From assembly GCA_041489255.1 (NCBI GenBank), contig JBGPQV010000018.1, positions 1-59,327 on the forward strand: 59,327 nucleotides of DNA, given 5' to 3'. This stretch comes from Thermoplasmata archaeon. GTDB taxonomy: Archaea; Thermoplasmatota; Thermoplasmata; RBG-16-68-12; JAFNFQ01. Of the stretch, positions 10,901 to 19,843 are shown piece by piece. The position numbers and the translations under genes are program-made. A model generated the notes under the pieces. It was not told the DNA's origin. It did not search any database and saw only the letters and a program-made list of their open reading frames with translations. The stretch's first letter is position 1. The number at the start of each line of letters is the position of its first letter.

Positions 10901-13515
10901 GAGTCGGTCAGTTCCACCACCCCGTTCCCGCCAACCTCGAACACGCCGTCGCCCTGGTTGGTGTTGAGATTGATGCTGCTGCCGCCCCACGCCTCAACCC
11001 TCCCGGTGCCGCTGACGTAGAGGACGACCGGCCAGTTGTCGCCGTCTCTCGCTGTTATGGTCGAGTTGATCAGCGTCAGCGTGCCCGTGACCTTGATGAA
11101 CACGCGCCCGCGTGCCTCCTGCGGTTCCGTCACTACAATGCTACCATCGATTATCGTGACATGCCCGGAGATTATGATGTTCTGAGTCACGGGCAGGTAG
11201 GTCAGAACGTGAGTCCCGGAATAAGTGATCGGCGCCGGGCTCTCCTTGAAGACCTGCATCGTCCTCGTGGCGGAGTTGTCTTGCTCGTAGAAGCTTCCCT
11301 CGGGGATGACATCGGCGCTGTCGACATGGACTCTGAGAGTGTGATAACCGTAGGTGGTTGGAGTCCATTGGGCATTCGATGTCACCAGGCGCTTGTCGCC
11401 GACTCCCAAACCAGCTGTCGCAACTGCAGTGCCTACCGCTTGGCCATCGACATAGAACGAGACGTCGAAGTTGCCCGCCGCATTGGCTTGGCCAATGTTC
11501 CGGACAATCGCATATAGCGAAATCGACGTGCCCCATGTCGGGAAGGGATCGCTTGCGCCAAGATCGTCTGTGTAGGAGATGAGGTTCGGGGCCGGGACGA
11601 CCGTCAGCGTATTGATGCCCTTATTGTTCGTCTTGAGATATGGCAGGTTCTCGGGTATCAAGTTCCCCGGATCCGCTATCGCGATGACCGTGTAGATACC
11701 GTCGCTCGGCGGCACCCATGCGAATGAGACTTGGACCGACCCGCCCGGAAGTATCTCCTGGCTGGTCGTGTTGGTGCCCACGAGCGTGCTCTCGCTGTCG
11801 ATGTAGAAGTTCACGATGACGTGGGCGGGTGCATTGGTGTCTCCCACGTTGTTGATCGTCACATCGAGATTCACGGGGTTGCCCGCGAATCCGGTGAGAG
11901 TGGGGACGACGGTCTCAAGGTCAGGTCCGAGAGGCGTCACCGGAAGCGGAAACGAGTTCTGGTTATTCCCTTCGTTCGTCTCCGCCACGGTATTCTGCGG
12001 GTCCATGGCCACTATGATAGAATGCGTGCCGCCTTGGCCGGGCGGCATCCAGACGAACGGCTGAAGATCCACGGTGCTGGTCAGGTCTATCAGGGGCACA
12101 ATCTCCTCGTATATCAGCGCGGCCGGCGAGACCACGTTGTCATAGACCCTGACGTCAACGTCCTTGGCCCTCCCGAGCCCGTCATTCGCGACCGTGATGT
12201 TGATCGTCACGGGAGTCTTGTTGGTGGGATTGAGTGGGGCATAGCTCATCGAGTCCGGCCTGAGGTCCGCCAGCGGCTGGACGAGGTCGGTCAATTCGAG
12301 AATCACGGCGACGCTGTTCGATGCGGCATCGACGACGGGGTAGTGTGCAAGCCCAACCTGCTTCGTCGCGGAATGCGCGCCGGTTGTCGCAGTTATGTTG
12401 TAGTTGCCCCAGAAGTGCACGCCGGTCGTGTCGACCCTGTCGCTCACGAGCGGTATAGTCGCCTGTCCCGCCGGGTTCGTCGTCTTCCAGTTGCCGGCGT
12501 TCCTGCCGAGATAGGCCAGGACGTCGTCGTGCGGCATTATCGCGCCGACGCTGCGGTCCGGGTACTGCGCGTCGGTCGTCGTTCCGCTGTAGGTCATCCT
12601 CAGGATCGCCTGGTCTACCGGAGCCCCGTTTTGATCGACCACTGTCACGTCTGCGCGTCTGTAGACGTAGGCCGCCGTTGCACCAGTCACATTGATCGCG
12701 TTGCTGTAATCGATGGGGTTGGCCGGCTTCTGCGTGTCGTCGAAAGTCGGCCACAATAAGAACGCCTGGGCGGGAGCGGTCACGTCGAGCGTGTTGTGCG
12801 TTGGACCGCTGCTCGTTGCGTTCGCGAGGTCGATGCCGATGTAGCTGCCAATCGCAATGAAATGGGTGTTACCGGTCAGGTTGACCTGGCGTCTGGGGTC
12901 GTTGACTCCCGCCTTCTCGAACAGGTCCTGAAGCGTGGAATCGTAGATTCGCACCACGCTCGTGTCGAACGCCATCGCCGGCGCATCGTCGTCCTCGTCG
13001 ACGTTGTTCGTCCAGCCCGCGACGCTGTCGAGGGCCTTGATCGTAGATTGGCTCATTATGACGGTCGCGCCGTTTGCGGTGAACCAACCGGGGAATGCGA
13101 GAACGGCCCCATTCTTCATCTCAAGCCTGCCCGAGACCTGGAAAACCAGCTTGAGGTAGGGGTCGATCGTATCGCCCGTGACCGTTACCACGGCATTATC
13201 CAATATCAGCGTGCCTGAGACAGTCACCGAGTAGTGCTGGGTCGTCGTCTGCGCGAACTGTATCCCGCCGTCCTTCAATGTCAGGCTGGCGCCCGGGTTG
13301 ATGATCAGGCTGCCAGTGGCAGTGTACATGGTTCCTTCGCAGACTTCGGTCCCGGTCACGGTCCAGTCGCTGCCGGCCGGCCACGTGGACTGGCTGCAGA
13401 TGCTGGCCTTGGCGGTGGGCTGCACCCCGACGAGCGCCATGAAGGCGGAGAGGGCGACGGTCCACACGACGAGCACACTCAGAACTCTACCATAGAGGGG
13501 GGGTAGGGCTTTCAT
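7969..13515 (-). CDS. Giant single-pass surface protein: signal peptide, beta-helix-like segments, multiple CARDB repeats, TM helix, cytoplasmic zinc ribbons
   Basis: Repeated PDL...V.N.G...DP.N.I.E.NE.NN CARDB motifs; TM WWMFLLIIIVIVVVIVGVIAY; six CxxC knuckles after the TM. Confidence 0.85.
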   Translation of the reverse strand: MKALPPLYGRVLSVLVVWTVALSAFMALVGVQPTAKASICSQSTWPAGSDWTVTGTEVCEGTMYTATGSLIINPGASLTLKDGGIQFAQTTTQHYSVTVSGTLILDNAVVTVTGDTIDPYLKLVFQVSGRLEMKNGAVLAFPGWFTANGATVIMSQSTIKALDSVAGWTNNVDEDDDAPAMAFDTSVVRIYDSTLQDLFEKAGVNDPRRQVNLTGNTHFIAIGSYIGIDLANATSSGPTHNTLDVTAPAQAFLLWPTFDDTQKPANPIDYSNAINVTGATAAYVYRRADVTVVDQNGAPVDQAILRMTYSGTTTDAQYPDRSVGAIMPHDDVLAYLGRNAGNWKTTNPAGQATIPLVSDRVDTTGVHFWGNYNITATTGAHSATKQVGLAHYPVVDAASNSVAVILELTDLVQPLADLRPDSMSYAPLNPTNKTPVTINITVANDGLGRAKDVDVRVYDNVVSPAALIYEEIVPLIDLTSTVDLQPFVWMPPGQGGTHSIIVAMDPQNTVAETNEGNNQNSFPLPVTPLGPDLETVVPTLTGFAGNPVNLDVTINNVGDTNAPAHVIVNFYIDSESTLVGTNTTSQEILPGGSVQVSFAWVPPSDGIYTVIAIADPGNLIPENLPYLKTNNKGINTLTVVPAPNLISYTDDLGASDPFPTWGTSISLYAIVRNIGQANAAGNFDVSFYVDGQAVGTAVATAGLGVGDKRLVTSNAQWTPTTYGYHTLRVHVDSADVIPEGSFYEQDNSATRTMQVFKESPAPITYSGTHVLTYLPVTQNIIISGHVTIIDGSIVVTEPQEARGRVFIKVTGTLTLINSTITARDGDNWPVVLYVSGTGRVEAWGGSSINLNTNQGDGVFEVGGNGVVELTDSTVKADISAHGASVFFNRVTFQGKRLHVDTAGLTKVWDPIMDGTNYIALRSDDGNLATPDIDLRNATLDQILTNQLVFGGHQYAHITDVITTKMTRWWEGTITQKAKVTRFWWLAVEAVDGTGAFLRPESNTNISLYRLNMVTLRSESLPNPTPGVDIFGTNSTSWPVNAPQGMILYKAPSEERFASVQSQYMNATYTASGNATINGTRYVPDQDITLLLDSDLTFRLTFSRLTPDLSVQSISFSGDNGGINQQPINRALTITATIRNTGEIGVPVVWVNFYYQDVDTNGDGLMDLTNASYGPTYIGRQMISVPLSGTAPAVVTWDKPEGAFELTYVISVVVDPPVGIPSDGGSIKETNEFNNIGKTQLYLYTWPDLHIEASQVHIPTAIQGNPLTITVDVTNIGTNDGTDVRVELRIDGSPTASDISDPFRVNRGGIATTSLQWIPPSTGSHDLMFTATISGGMRNIDYNPVDNSVTMQVYVASPPDLAIIRTDFADHYDMTQRGHVLVPVKIYNYGDTGATGFSVGIYYMRAGVWPPSSSDRLSLMTNLNLSAQSNSTIDMQINSIPAIEANGTYQFTVWVDSTMVIGEVSEANNAANVTLNVLLPVGEFTLSTTPAGLKFKPGATFTVVGQVTTVAAGEPIPNLPIDMTMRKEGDVQTVLSASTNGDFGGAFLFVDALIPSTASDGTYDIEFTSQQGIQPLTIKITVESVKEINIFGLPWWMFLLIIIVIVVVIVGVIAYTKKVGLGKLVECGECGAFIPEDSVKCPKCGVEFEKDMAKCSNCQAWIPLDVKQCPECGVEFATGEVEMADYEQKMRVQYDEVKKKFREQAQAEIGRPLSDEEFEAWWKKQPSFLTFEDWLRDEEEMRKMGSKPCPSCGTLNSINATVCHKCGTLMKKEEPKKRPPPKEEKKEPARAEQAPQAAEPRPVEPVPKKVVVKKPVTPTVIQRKVVIRKPGEGQEGAAQGEGTSSEEEI

Positions 13516-13720
13516 TTTATTGCCTCCGCGATTCGATACTTGCTACGGAGAATCTGCCCTGCAGGCTCTGCGACAATCAGGCATCGGTCTTCGATGAGGA
13601 ATGGCGTATTTAAGGGTTGCTTTACGATTAAACTGCTGGCTCGCCGCGCAATGGAGGGAACCGCGACGGCGACGCCGTCCGCGACGCGTTTTCCACCGGA
13701 AATGGAGCTTGAGGGGCTCG

Positions 13721-14908
13721 CTAGACCACGCGCTTCTTGACGACCTTCTTGACCGGCGCTGGTAGGGCCTTCCTGCCCTTCTCGCCCTCGGACTCCTCGC
13801 CGCCCTCTTCCTCGGCGCCGAGCCTGTGTCCGCAGGCGTAGCACATTATCGCGTCTGGACTGATCAACGTGCCGCACGCGGGGCACGGAATCTCGGCCGC
13901 CTCGGCCTCCGCGGCCTCCTCGAGCAGCCTGTGTCCGCAGGCGTAGCACATTATCGCGTCTGAACTGATCAACGTGCTGCACGCGGGACAGGGAATCTCA
14001 TTGCCCTCTGCCGCAGCCTCCTCCGCCGGCGCCTCTTCGGCCACCTCCTCCTCGACCACCACGGCCTTGGGCTCAGGCTTCGGGGTCTCGACCCTTGGCG
14101 CCGGGGCCGGGCCCCTGGCTGCGGGCGCCGCTACCCGCCCAGGCAGGGTCGCGGGAATCCTCGTCACGCCGGGCGCGGGCTTCGCCGCGGGCGCGGCCGC
14201 GGGCGCCGGCCTGGCGGCGGCGGGTGCCTGTGGCTGTGCCGGGGCGGGGGCCGCCTTCGCCGCCCTCAGGTTCTCCTCCATCGCGAGCAGTTCCTTCTCC
14301 TTCTCCGTCAGCCTGCGCGCGTCCTCCGCGAGCTTCTGCTTTCCTGCGGTGATCGCCCCTTCCTCCTCCAGCAGCCTCTTCTCCCTCTCGACCAGCTTCT
14401 CGCCCTTCTCTATCTGCTGGTTCAGAGAATCCTTGTAATCCTTGAGTATCTTGAGTTCTTCCTCTTCCCGCGCGATGACATTGTTCTTCCTCTCGGCCAG
14501 CTCGGCGGCGAGGACCCTGGACTCTTCCTCTCGCGCTGCAATCTCCTCCTCTCGCTTGATGACTTCGGACTGGCGCTGCGCGATCTGTCCCTCGCGCTCC
14601 TTGAAGGAGGCTTCCATCTCCGAGACCCTCTTGCCCTCCGCCTCGATCTGCTGCTCCCTGTCGGCGAGCCTCGTCTCCTGCTCAGCCAGCTCCTTCTCCC
14701 TCGCCCTGATTCCCCTGTCCCGGGCGTCGATGTCGTCCCTGAGTTCGGAGAGTCGGGTCTTCTCTTCCTCCAGCTTCGCGGTCTCTGCCTCGAGCTGCTG
14801 TCTCTGTTCGGCGATGGAGCCCTTCAGGCTCTTGAGCTCCTCTTCCTTCGCCTTCTGCTCCTGAATCCTTTTCTCGACAAGGGCCCATACAGATTCGTCG
14901 GCTGCCAC
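13721..14908 (-). CDS. Coiled-coil protein with Ala/Pro linker and two tandem double-zinc-ribbon repeats
   Basis: E/K/R-rich heptads for ~215 aa, then CPAC-x10-CYAC twice. Confidence 0.75.
   Translation of the reverse strand: MAADESVWALVEKRIQEQKAKEEELKSLKGSIAEQRQQLEAETAKLEEEKTRLSELRDDIDARDRGIRAREKELAEQETRLADREQQIEAEGKRVSEMEASFKEREGQIAQRQSEVIKREEEIAAREEESRVLAAELAERKNNVIAREEEELKILKDYKDSLNQQIEKGEKLVEREKRLLEEEGAITAGKQKLAEDARRLTEKEKELLAMEENLRAAKAAPAPAQPQAPAAARPAPAAAPAAKPAPGVTRIPATLPGRVAAPAARGPAPAPRVETPKPEPKAVVVEEEVAEEAPAEEAAAEGNEIPCPACSTLISSDAIMCYACGHRLLEEAAEAEAAEIPCPACGTLISPDAIMCYACGHRLGAEEEGGEESEGEKGRKALPAPVKKVVKKRVV
13821..13999. repeat. 74-bp direct repeat (13821-13894 and 13926-13999)
   Basis: About 70/74 identical by eye; encodes the duplicated zinc ribbon. 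Confidence 0.9.
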
Positions 14909-15019
14909 GTCATTTCCCCCTTGAGCACTTCGCCTCGGGTGGAGTCCTCATATGCGAATCTCCGCGGACATATTTACTGAGGCTTTAATAACTATCGCCC
15001 TGCGAATCATGGCAGACGC

Positions 15020-15733
15020 TCAGTCGCCCTTACTCTCGAATATCGATCCGAGGACGGAGATGCCGCCCTTGTGGACCTCGAGTGAGTGCTTTTCCATACT
15101 GTGCTCGCACGCCCTCATCTTCTCGACCTGTAGGTACCTTGTGAGCTTGCCCCTCGACCTGTCCAGCCCGAGCATAATGATGCCGTCGACGAGGAAGCCC
15201 TCGTTCCCCAGGAGCATCGGCTCGCCGCCTATTGACCTCTCCATGACGACGAGGCAGATCAGGTTCTGCTCTCTCAGAGACTTGAAGAAGTAGAACATCT
15301 TCTTGCGCATGTTCGAGACGTCCTCCATCAGGGAATAGAGCGCGCCGAGAGAGTCGAGCGCGAACACGGTGAACTTCTTCCCGTGGATCTTCTTGAAGTG
15401 CTCTATCATCTTCTCGATGAACTGCAGGTAGTCGGTCGCCTCGTCCTCCCCGACGACGCGGTCGATCTCCCTCAGATCAGTGAAGTCGGAGATCTGCATG
15501 TTCAGCGAGACGTCGATGCCCAGGCTCTCCATGTTCTTGAGATGCGAGTGCACCGTCTCTTCCAGAGTCGTGTAGAGGCCGAATTCGCCCGTGTTCTTCA
15601 GGTACTTGGACATCAGGCTGTAGCAGAATGAGGTCTTCATGCTGCCCGGCGGCCCCGTGACCAGGATGATCTTCGGCGGGGTTATGTCGGTCTTGAATAC
15701 CCTCTCGAGGCCTTCAATCGAGTTTTTGAACAT
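15020..15733 (-). CDS. KaiC/RAD55-family RecA-fold ATPase
   Basis: GPPGSMKTS, YTTLEE, FALDSL, DGII, LQVEKMR. Confidence 0.9.
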   Translation of the reverse strand: MFKNSIEGLERVFKTDITPPKIILVTGPPGSMKTSFCYSLMSKYLKNTGEFGLYTTLEETVHSHLKNMESLGIDVSLNMQISDFTDLREIDRVVGEDEATDYLQFIEKMIEHFKKIHGKKFTVFALDSLGALYSLMEDVSNMRKKMFYFFKSLREQNLICLVVMERSIGGEPMLLGNEGFLVDGIIMLGLDRSRGKLTRYLQVEKMRACEHSMEKHSLEVHKGGISVLGSIFESKGD

Positions 15734-15855
15734 GAAGGGGCTCCATTTGCGACAGCAAGCGGGGTGTCTGCTGTCTGCATGGATGGTGGAACTTCATTTT
15801 AACCTTGCTCTCGCATTGTAAATTCCATAGGGGGCTGTATGGAGGGCCGCCTGTC

Positions 15856-17556
15856 CTAGAAAAGGCCGCTGACCTTCCCCTTGTCGTCTATGTCGACCTT
15901 CGTGCCCGCCGGTTCGGTCGGCAGCCCGGGCATGGTCCTCATCTCCCCGCAGAGGGCGTAGAGGAAACCCGCACCCGCCGAGACCTTGACGTCGCGGACG
16001 GTGAGGCGCCAGCCCTTCGGCGCGCCTTTCAGCCTAGGATCGTCAGATATGGAGAGGTGCGTTTTGGCCATGCACACGGGGAGCTTGTCGAACCCGTGCT
16101 TGCTGAGCCTCCTGATGCTCGTCTCAGCCGTCGTCGTGTAGTCGACGCCGTCGGCTCCGTAGATCTTCAATGCAATCGTCTCGATCTTCTGCTCAATCGA
16201 TGCTTCGAGGGGATAGAGGAATTCGAATTCGCTGCGCTTCTCGCATGCCCTCATGACCGCCTTCGCGAGTTCGAGGCCCCCGTTCCCGCCATTCGCCCAG
16301 ACCTCGTTCGTGACCGCTTCGTCGGCGCCTGATTTCATCGCCTCTCTCTTCGCCACCTCGATCTCCGCCTCCGTGTCCGCCGTGAACCTGTTCACCGCGA
16401 CGACCACGGGAACCCCGAAGAGCCTCATGTTCTCGATGTGCTTGGCCAGGTTGACGCATCCCTTCCTGACCGCCTCGACGTTCTCCTTCCCGAAGATCGC
16501 CTTGTCATAGGGCTTGCCCGGGCGCAGCGAATACGCCCCGCCATGCTCCTTCAGCGCCCTGATTGACGCCACGATCACCACACAGCTCGGCCGGTATCCC
16601 GCCACCCTGCATTTGATGTCCATGAACTTCTCCGCGCCGCAGTCCGCGCCGAACCCGCTCTCCGTGACGACGTAGTCGGCCAGCTTCATCGCTACCTTGT
16701 CCGCCAAGATCGAGTTGTTGCCGTGCGCAATGTTCGCGAACGGCCCCGCGTGGATTATCGCGGGATCGTTCTCGAGAGTCTGCACCAGGTTCGGCTTGAT
16801 CGCATCTCTGAGCAGGGCTGCCATCGAACCCGCGCACTTCAGGTCCTCCGCGGTCACCGGCCGCTTATCATACGTCCATCCGAGGACTATCCTGCCGAGT
16901 CGCCTCCTCAGGTCCTTCAGGTCCATGGCCAGCGCCAGTATCGCCATCACCTCGGACGCGGCGGCGATGTCGAATGAGGCCTGCCTCGGGACCCCGTCCT
17001 CCCTGCCGCCGAGACCTATGACGACGTTCCTCAGCGACCTGTCGTTGACATCGACGCACCTGTTGAACGTTATCGAGTGCGGGTCGATGCCCAGCTTGTT
17101 CCCGTGGAAGATGTGATTGTCGATGAAGGCGCTGAGGAGGTTGTTGGCCAGCGACACCGCGTGCGTGTCGCCGGTGAAATGGAGGTTGATGTCCTCCATT
17201 GGGATGACCTGGGAGTAGCCGCCTCCAGTCGCCCCGCCCTTGATGCCGAACACGGGGCCCATGGAAGGCTGCCGCAGGGTGGTGATCGCCTTCTTCCCGA
17301 GGCGGTTCAGGGCCATGCCCAGTCCTATGGTGGTTACGGTCTTCCCCTCGCCGAGCGGCGTCGGCGTGATTGCGGTGATGAGAATAATCTTGCCTTCCGG
17401 TTTGTCCTTCAGCCTCTTGAGGACCTCCATGCAGCATATCTTTGCCTTGTACGCTCCATAGGGCTCGATCTCGTGCAGGTGGAGCCCGGTCGACCGGGCG
17501 ATGACTGAGATGGGCTTTATCCTGGCTTCCTGCGCGATCTCGAGGTCCGACTTCAC
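15856..17556 (-). CDS. fhs: Formate--tetrahydrofolate ligase
   Basis: TPTPLGEGKT, GIKGGATGGGYSQV, HAGPFANIAHG, PVCMAKTHLS, TMPGLP. Confidence 0.97.
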   Translation of the reverse strand: MKSDLEIAQEARIKPISVIARSTGLHLHEIEPYGAYKAKICCMEVLKRLKDKPEGKIILITAITPTPLGEGKTVTTIGLGMALNRLGKKAITTLRQPSMGPVFGIKGGATGGGYSQVIPMEDINLHFTGDTHAVSLANNLLSAFIDNHIFHGNKLGIDPHSITFNRCVDVNDRSLRNVVIGLGGREDGVPRQASFDIAAASEVMAILALAMDLKDLRRRLGRIVLGWTYDKRPVTAEDLKCAGSMAALLRDAIKPNLVQTLENDPAIIHAGPFANIAHGNNSILADKVAMKLADYVVTESGFGADCGAEKFMDIKCRVAGYRPSCVVIVASIRALKEHGGAYSLRPGKPYDKAIFGKENVEAVRKGCVNLAKHIENMRLFGVPVVVAVNRFTADTEAEIEVAKREAMKSGADEAVTNEVWANGGNGGLELAKAVMRACEKRSEFEFLYPLEASIEQKIETIALKIYGADGVDYTTTAETSIRRLSKHGFDKLPVCMAKTHLSISDDPRLKGAPKGWRLTVRDVKVSAGAGFLYALCGEMRTMPGLPTEPAGTKVDIDDKGKVSGLF

Positions 17557-17597
17557 TCCAGATGTCCCCCTGATGGCGGTGCAGAAATCGACGGAGC

Positions 17598-17633
17598 ATA
17601 ATAATCATTGCTCAGGCAAAAACGAAGGGATAA
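17598..17633. repeat. Left att site: 13-bp core plus inner arm AAAACGAAGGGATAA (17619-17633)
   Basis: Core is identical to 39232-39244; arm is a 13/15 inverted match to 39210-39224. Confidence 0.85.
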
Positions 17634-18929
17634 CTAGGGTTTCAGGACTTGGTCTGAGCCTACAGACGATACGACTGCCTTCATGCGGACGTTTTCCAAG
17701 CGGGAAGCCATCTCCATCGTGCCAATCTCCCCGGCGAGGTAACTCCGCATGACCTCCGTAGCCTCCTGTGGTATGCCTTGCACCAGGTTCACCGAGGGCT
17801 GCTCCAAAAGACCAAGCGGTCCATTTGGGAGCTTCAACGCCTGCTCAGCAAGCAGATCGTCCATGGCGGGCGCATCATACCAGTCTCGCATGGAATCGCC
17901 CGACGCGGCGTCATGGCCCATCAGGACCGCCGACGCTGCTTTCGAGAGACCCGCTCGACGGCAAGCACTTGCGACCCAATGCCTGAGATCGACGGGTCTC
18001 AGTTTCGGCAGATCCCATTTCGACCTGAGGCGCTCCCATTGAACGGTAAACATGCTCACGCCGCACTCCCTGGCGGGCTCGACGTGTCCCACGCAACTTC
18101 TCCATGGGATTATCGGGTGTTCCGGATAGGCCGGCACGATCTTTCGCCATTCCTGCAGGGCTTGGACCACATCCGGGGGCAACCGTGCCGCAACTCCGGC
18201 ATAGGTCTTGAAGTCCTCAGCCGAGCCGTCCGCAATGATGGACGTGGGCGTGCCGTTCTCATCATGCTGGACGTTTCGCCATTTCAGATGGCGCACGTGT
18301 GAAGGTCTCCATCCATGCTGCGCGATGAGCAGGAAGAGCAACCGCAGATAGGCGTCGGTTTCGCGCGAAATCGCTTCTCTCCATTTCCGCACATCATCAT
18401 CCCTGGGGCTGTTGCGACGTCTCGTGGGTGGTAGTCTGCCGATGTCCGTGTCCTTGTTTATTGGCCAGGGTAGGCCGATGCCGTTAGCCCAGACGCTCTT
18501 GAGTGTTGCGAGGTACCAGCGCCATGACGGTTTTGTCCTAGTCTGTAGGAACTGAAGGACTATCTCCTTGCCCTTCTTGGCCGCCAACTGCCGCCTTGAG
18601 TACTGTTCGAAGTCCACGCGGTTGGCGAAGGTATGGAAGGCCCGCTCGTAATCCTGCTGCGCCGATGGCTTCAGCCTCGCCCTCGTGTTCTGTCGGAAAC
18701 GCTCCAGAATGTCATTGACCTTCAACGGAAGATCACTGTCAATCTGTGCTTTCGCAAGTCCGTCCTTGTCCCCATTCCCGAGGGAGTTCGCCCCGGCGGT
18801 GCCGAGGTCTCGGGTTTCTTCTTCATTTCCATCCTCTAGACGTGAGTTTTCCCCTACCTCACGACCATCGACGGGAGGGCTCTCCGAGGATATAGGGGTT
18901 GCCATAACCAAACGGTTCTGGCTAGCCAT
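17634..18929 (-). CDS. Tyrosine recombinase/integrase
   Basis: HGWRPSH (catalytic R), FKT (K), PVDLRHW, LMGH, DWY (Y). The stop codon abuts the att arm. Confidence 0.85.
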   Translation of the reverse strand: MASQNRLVMATPISSESPPVDGREVGENSRLEDGNEEETRDLGTAGANSLGNGDKDGLAKAQIDSDLPLKVNDILERFRQNTRARLKPSAQQDYERAFHTFANRVDFEQYSRRQLAAKKGKEIVLQFLQTRTKPSWRWYLATLKSVWANGIGLPWPINKDTDIGRLPPTRRRNSPRDDDVRKWREAISRETDAYLRLLFLLIAQHGWRPSHVRHLKWRNVQHDENGTPTSIIADGSAEDFKTYAGVAARLPPDVVQALQEWRKIVPAYPEHPIIPWRSCVGHVEPARECGVSMFTVQWERLRSKWDLPKLRPVDLRHWVASACRRAGLSKAASAVLMGHDAASGDSMRDWYDAPAMDDLLAEQALKLPNGPLGLLEQPSVNLVQGIPQEATEVMRSYLAGEIGTMEMASRLENVRMKAVVSSVGSDQVLKP

Positions 18930-19608
18930 TCGACACCCCCGAAACGTCCTTCTCGCTATGGGTAGTCGTTTCTAATGCCGAAACGACGCTTTTGGCAAGC
19001 CGCCTTGCGCTCGTCGGGGGTATCCCCGTCCTAGTAGTTATCTCGGCCCATGAAAGCCCCTGCGCTCGCATCTCCACGATCCGCGCAGACTGAATGCCGT
19101 AATCCTTCCGAGGGCGGTTCGGCGGCTTGCCGCTCCTTGTCTTCCATTCCCCGGTGTCCTTGTGGACCTCCCGGAGACGGCTGAAACTCGCCTTGATTCT
19201 CTCGCTCTTCCGCTCCGATTCCATCTTGGCGAAGGTTGCGACCAAGGCGATCGCGGCCTCTGCGAACGGGCCTGCGCTGTCCAGGTATCGCTCCATGTAG
19301 CTGACCCATTTGACATTCTGCTTGGTCAGTTCGTCGAGCATTTTCAAGGTGTCCAGTGCCCCTCGCCTTTCCACGCGGTCCAATGCCCAGAATACCAGGA
19401 TGTCGTACTTCCGTTGGTGTGCCCCGAGCAGGGCCATCTCCAATTGGGGCTTGTGGATTTCCCTGCCCCTGACCGCCTCGTCGACGTACTCCTGCGTGAC
19501 ATCCCAACCGCGTTCCGAGCAGAAACCCCTCAGCTGCACTAGCTGGTTCTCCGTCTCCTGCCGGTCGGTCGAGACCCTCGCATAGAGGGCGGCCCTCATG
19601 TCAGTCAT
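18922..19608 (-). CDS. Serine recombinase (resolvase/invertase) with C-terminal HTH
   Basis: AALYARVSTDRQ, WALDRVER, MESERKSERI, GLSWAEI HTH. Confidence 0.92.
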   Translation of the reverse strand: MTDMRAALYARVSTDRQETENQLVQLRGFCSERGWDVTQEYVDEAVRGREIHKPQLEMALLGAHQRKYDILVFWALDRVERRGALDTLKMLDELTKQNVKWVSYMERYLDSAGPFAEAAIALVATFAKMESERKSERIKASFSRLREVHKDTGEWKTRSGKPPNRPRKDYGIQSARIVEMRAQGLSWAEITTRTGIPPTSARRLAKSVVSALETTTHSEKDVSGVSNG

Positions 19609-19843
19609 CGAGCCTCCTGGTGAAGACGGGCGGTCTCGGCGGTTTCACGACCTCGACGTACCCCGCCCCTCCGCAGTGGCCGCAGTTCACGGTCCCATCA
19701 GGACTTGCGAGTTCTCCCGTTCCCTTGCACCACCAACATTGCTCGTGGTTGCATGACTCAACGTCCTTCTCGCTGCACCCGCAAGGGAGGTTGTCGTGGT
19801 CGTCCATGACATCCTTGAGGGATCCCCGGTCGTCCGCGATCAC
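19601..19843 (-). CDS. Small DnaJ-type CxxCxGxG zinc-finger protein
   Basis: CWWCKGTG and CGHCGGAG; GTG start overlaps the upstream stop and has GGAGG upstream. Confidence 0.6.
   Translation of the reverse strand: MIADDRGSLKDVMDDHDNLPCGCSEKDVESCNHEQCWWCKGTGELASPDGTVNCGHCGGAGYVEVVKPPRPPVFTRRLDD

Noticed and set aside
17591-17618. dif-like site (GGAGCATAA-TAATCA-TT..)
   Set aside because: Only the left half resembles a Xer arm; the right arm does not match.
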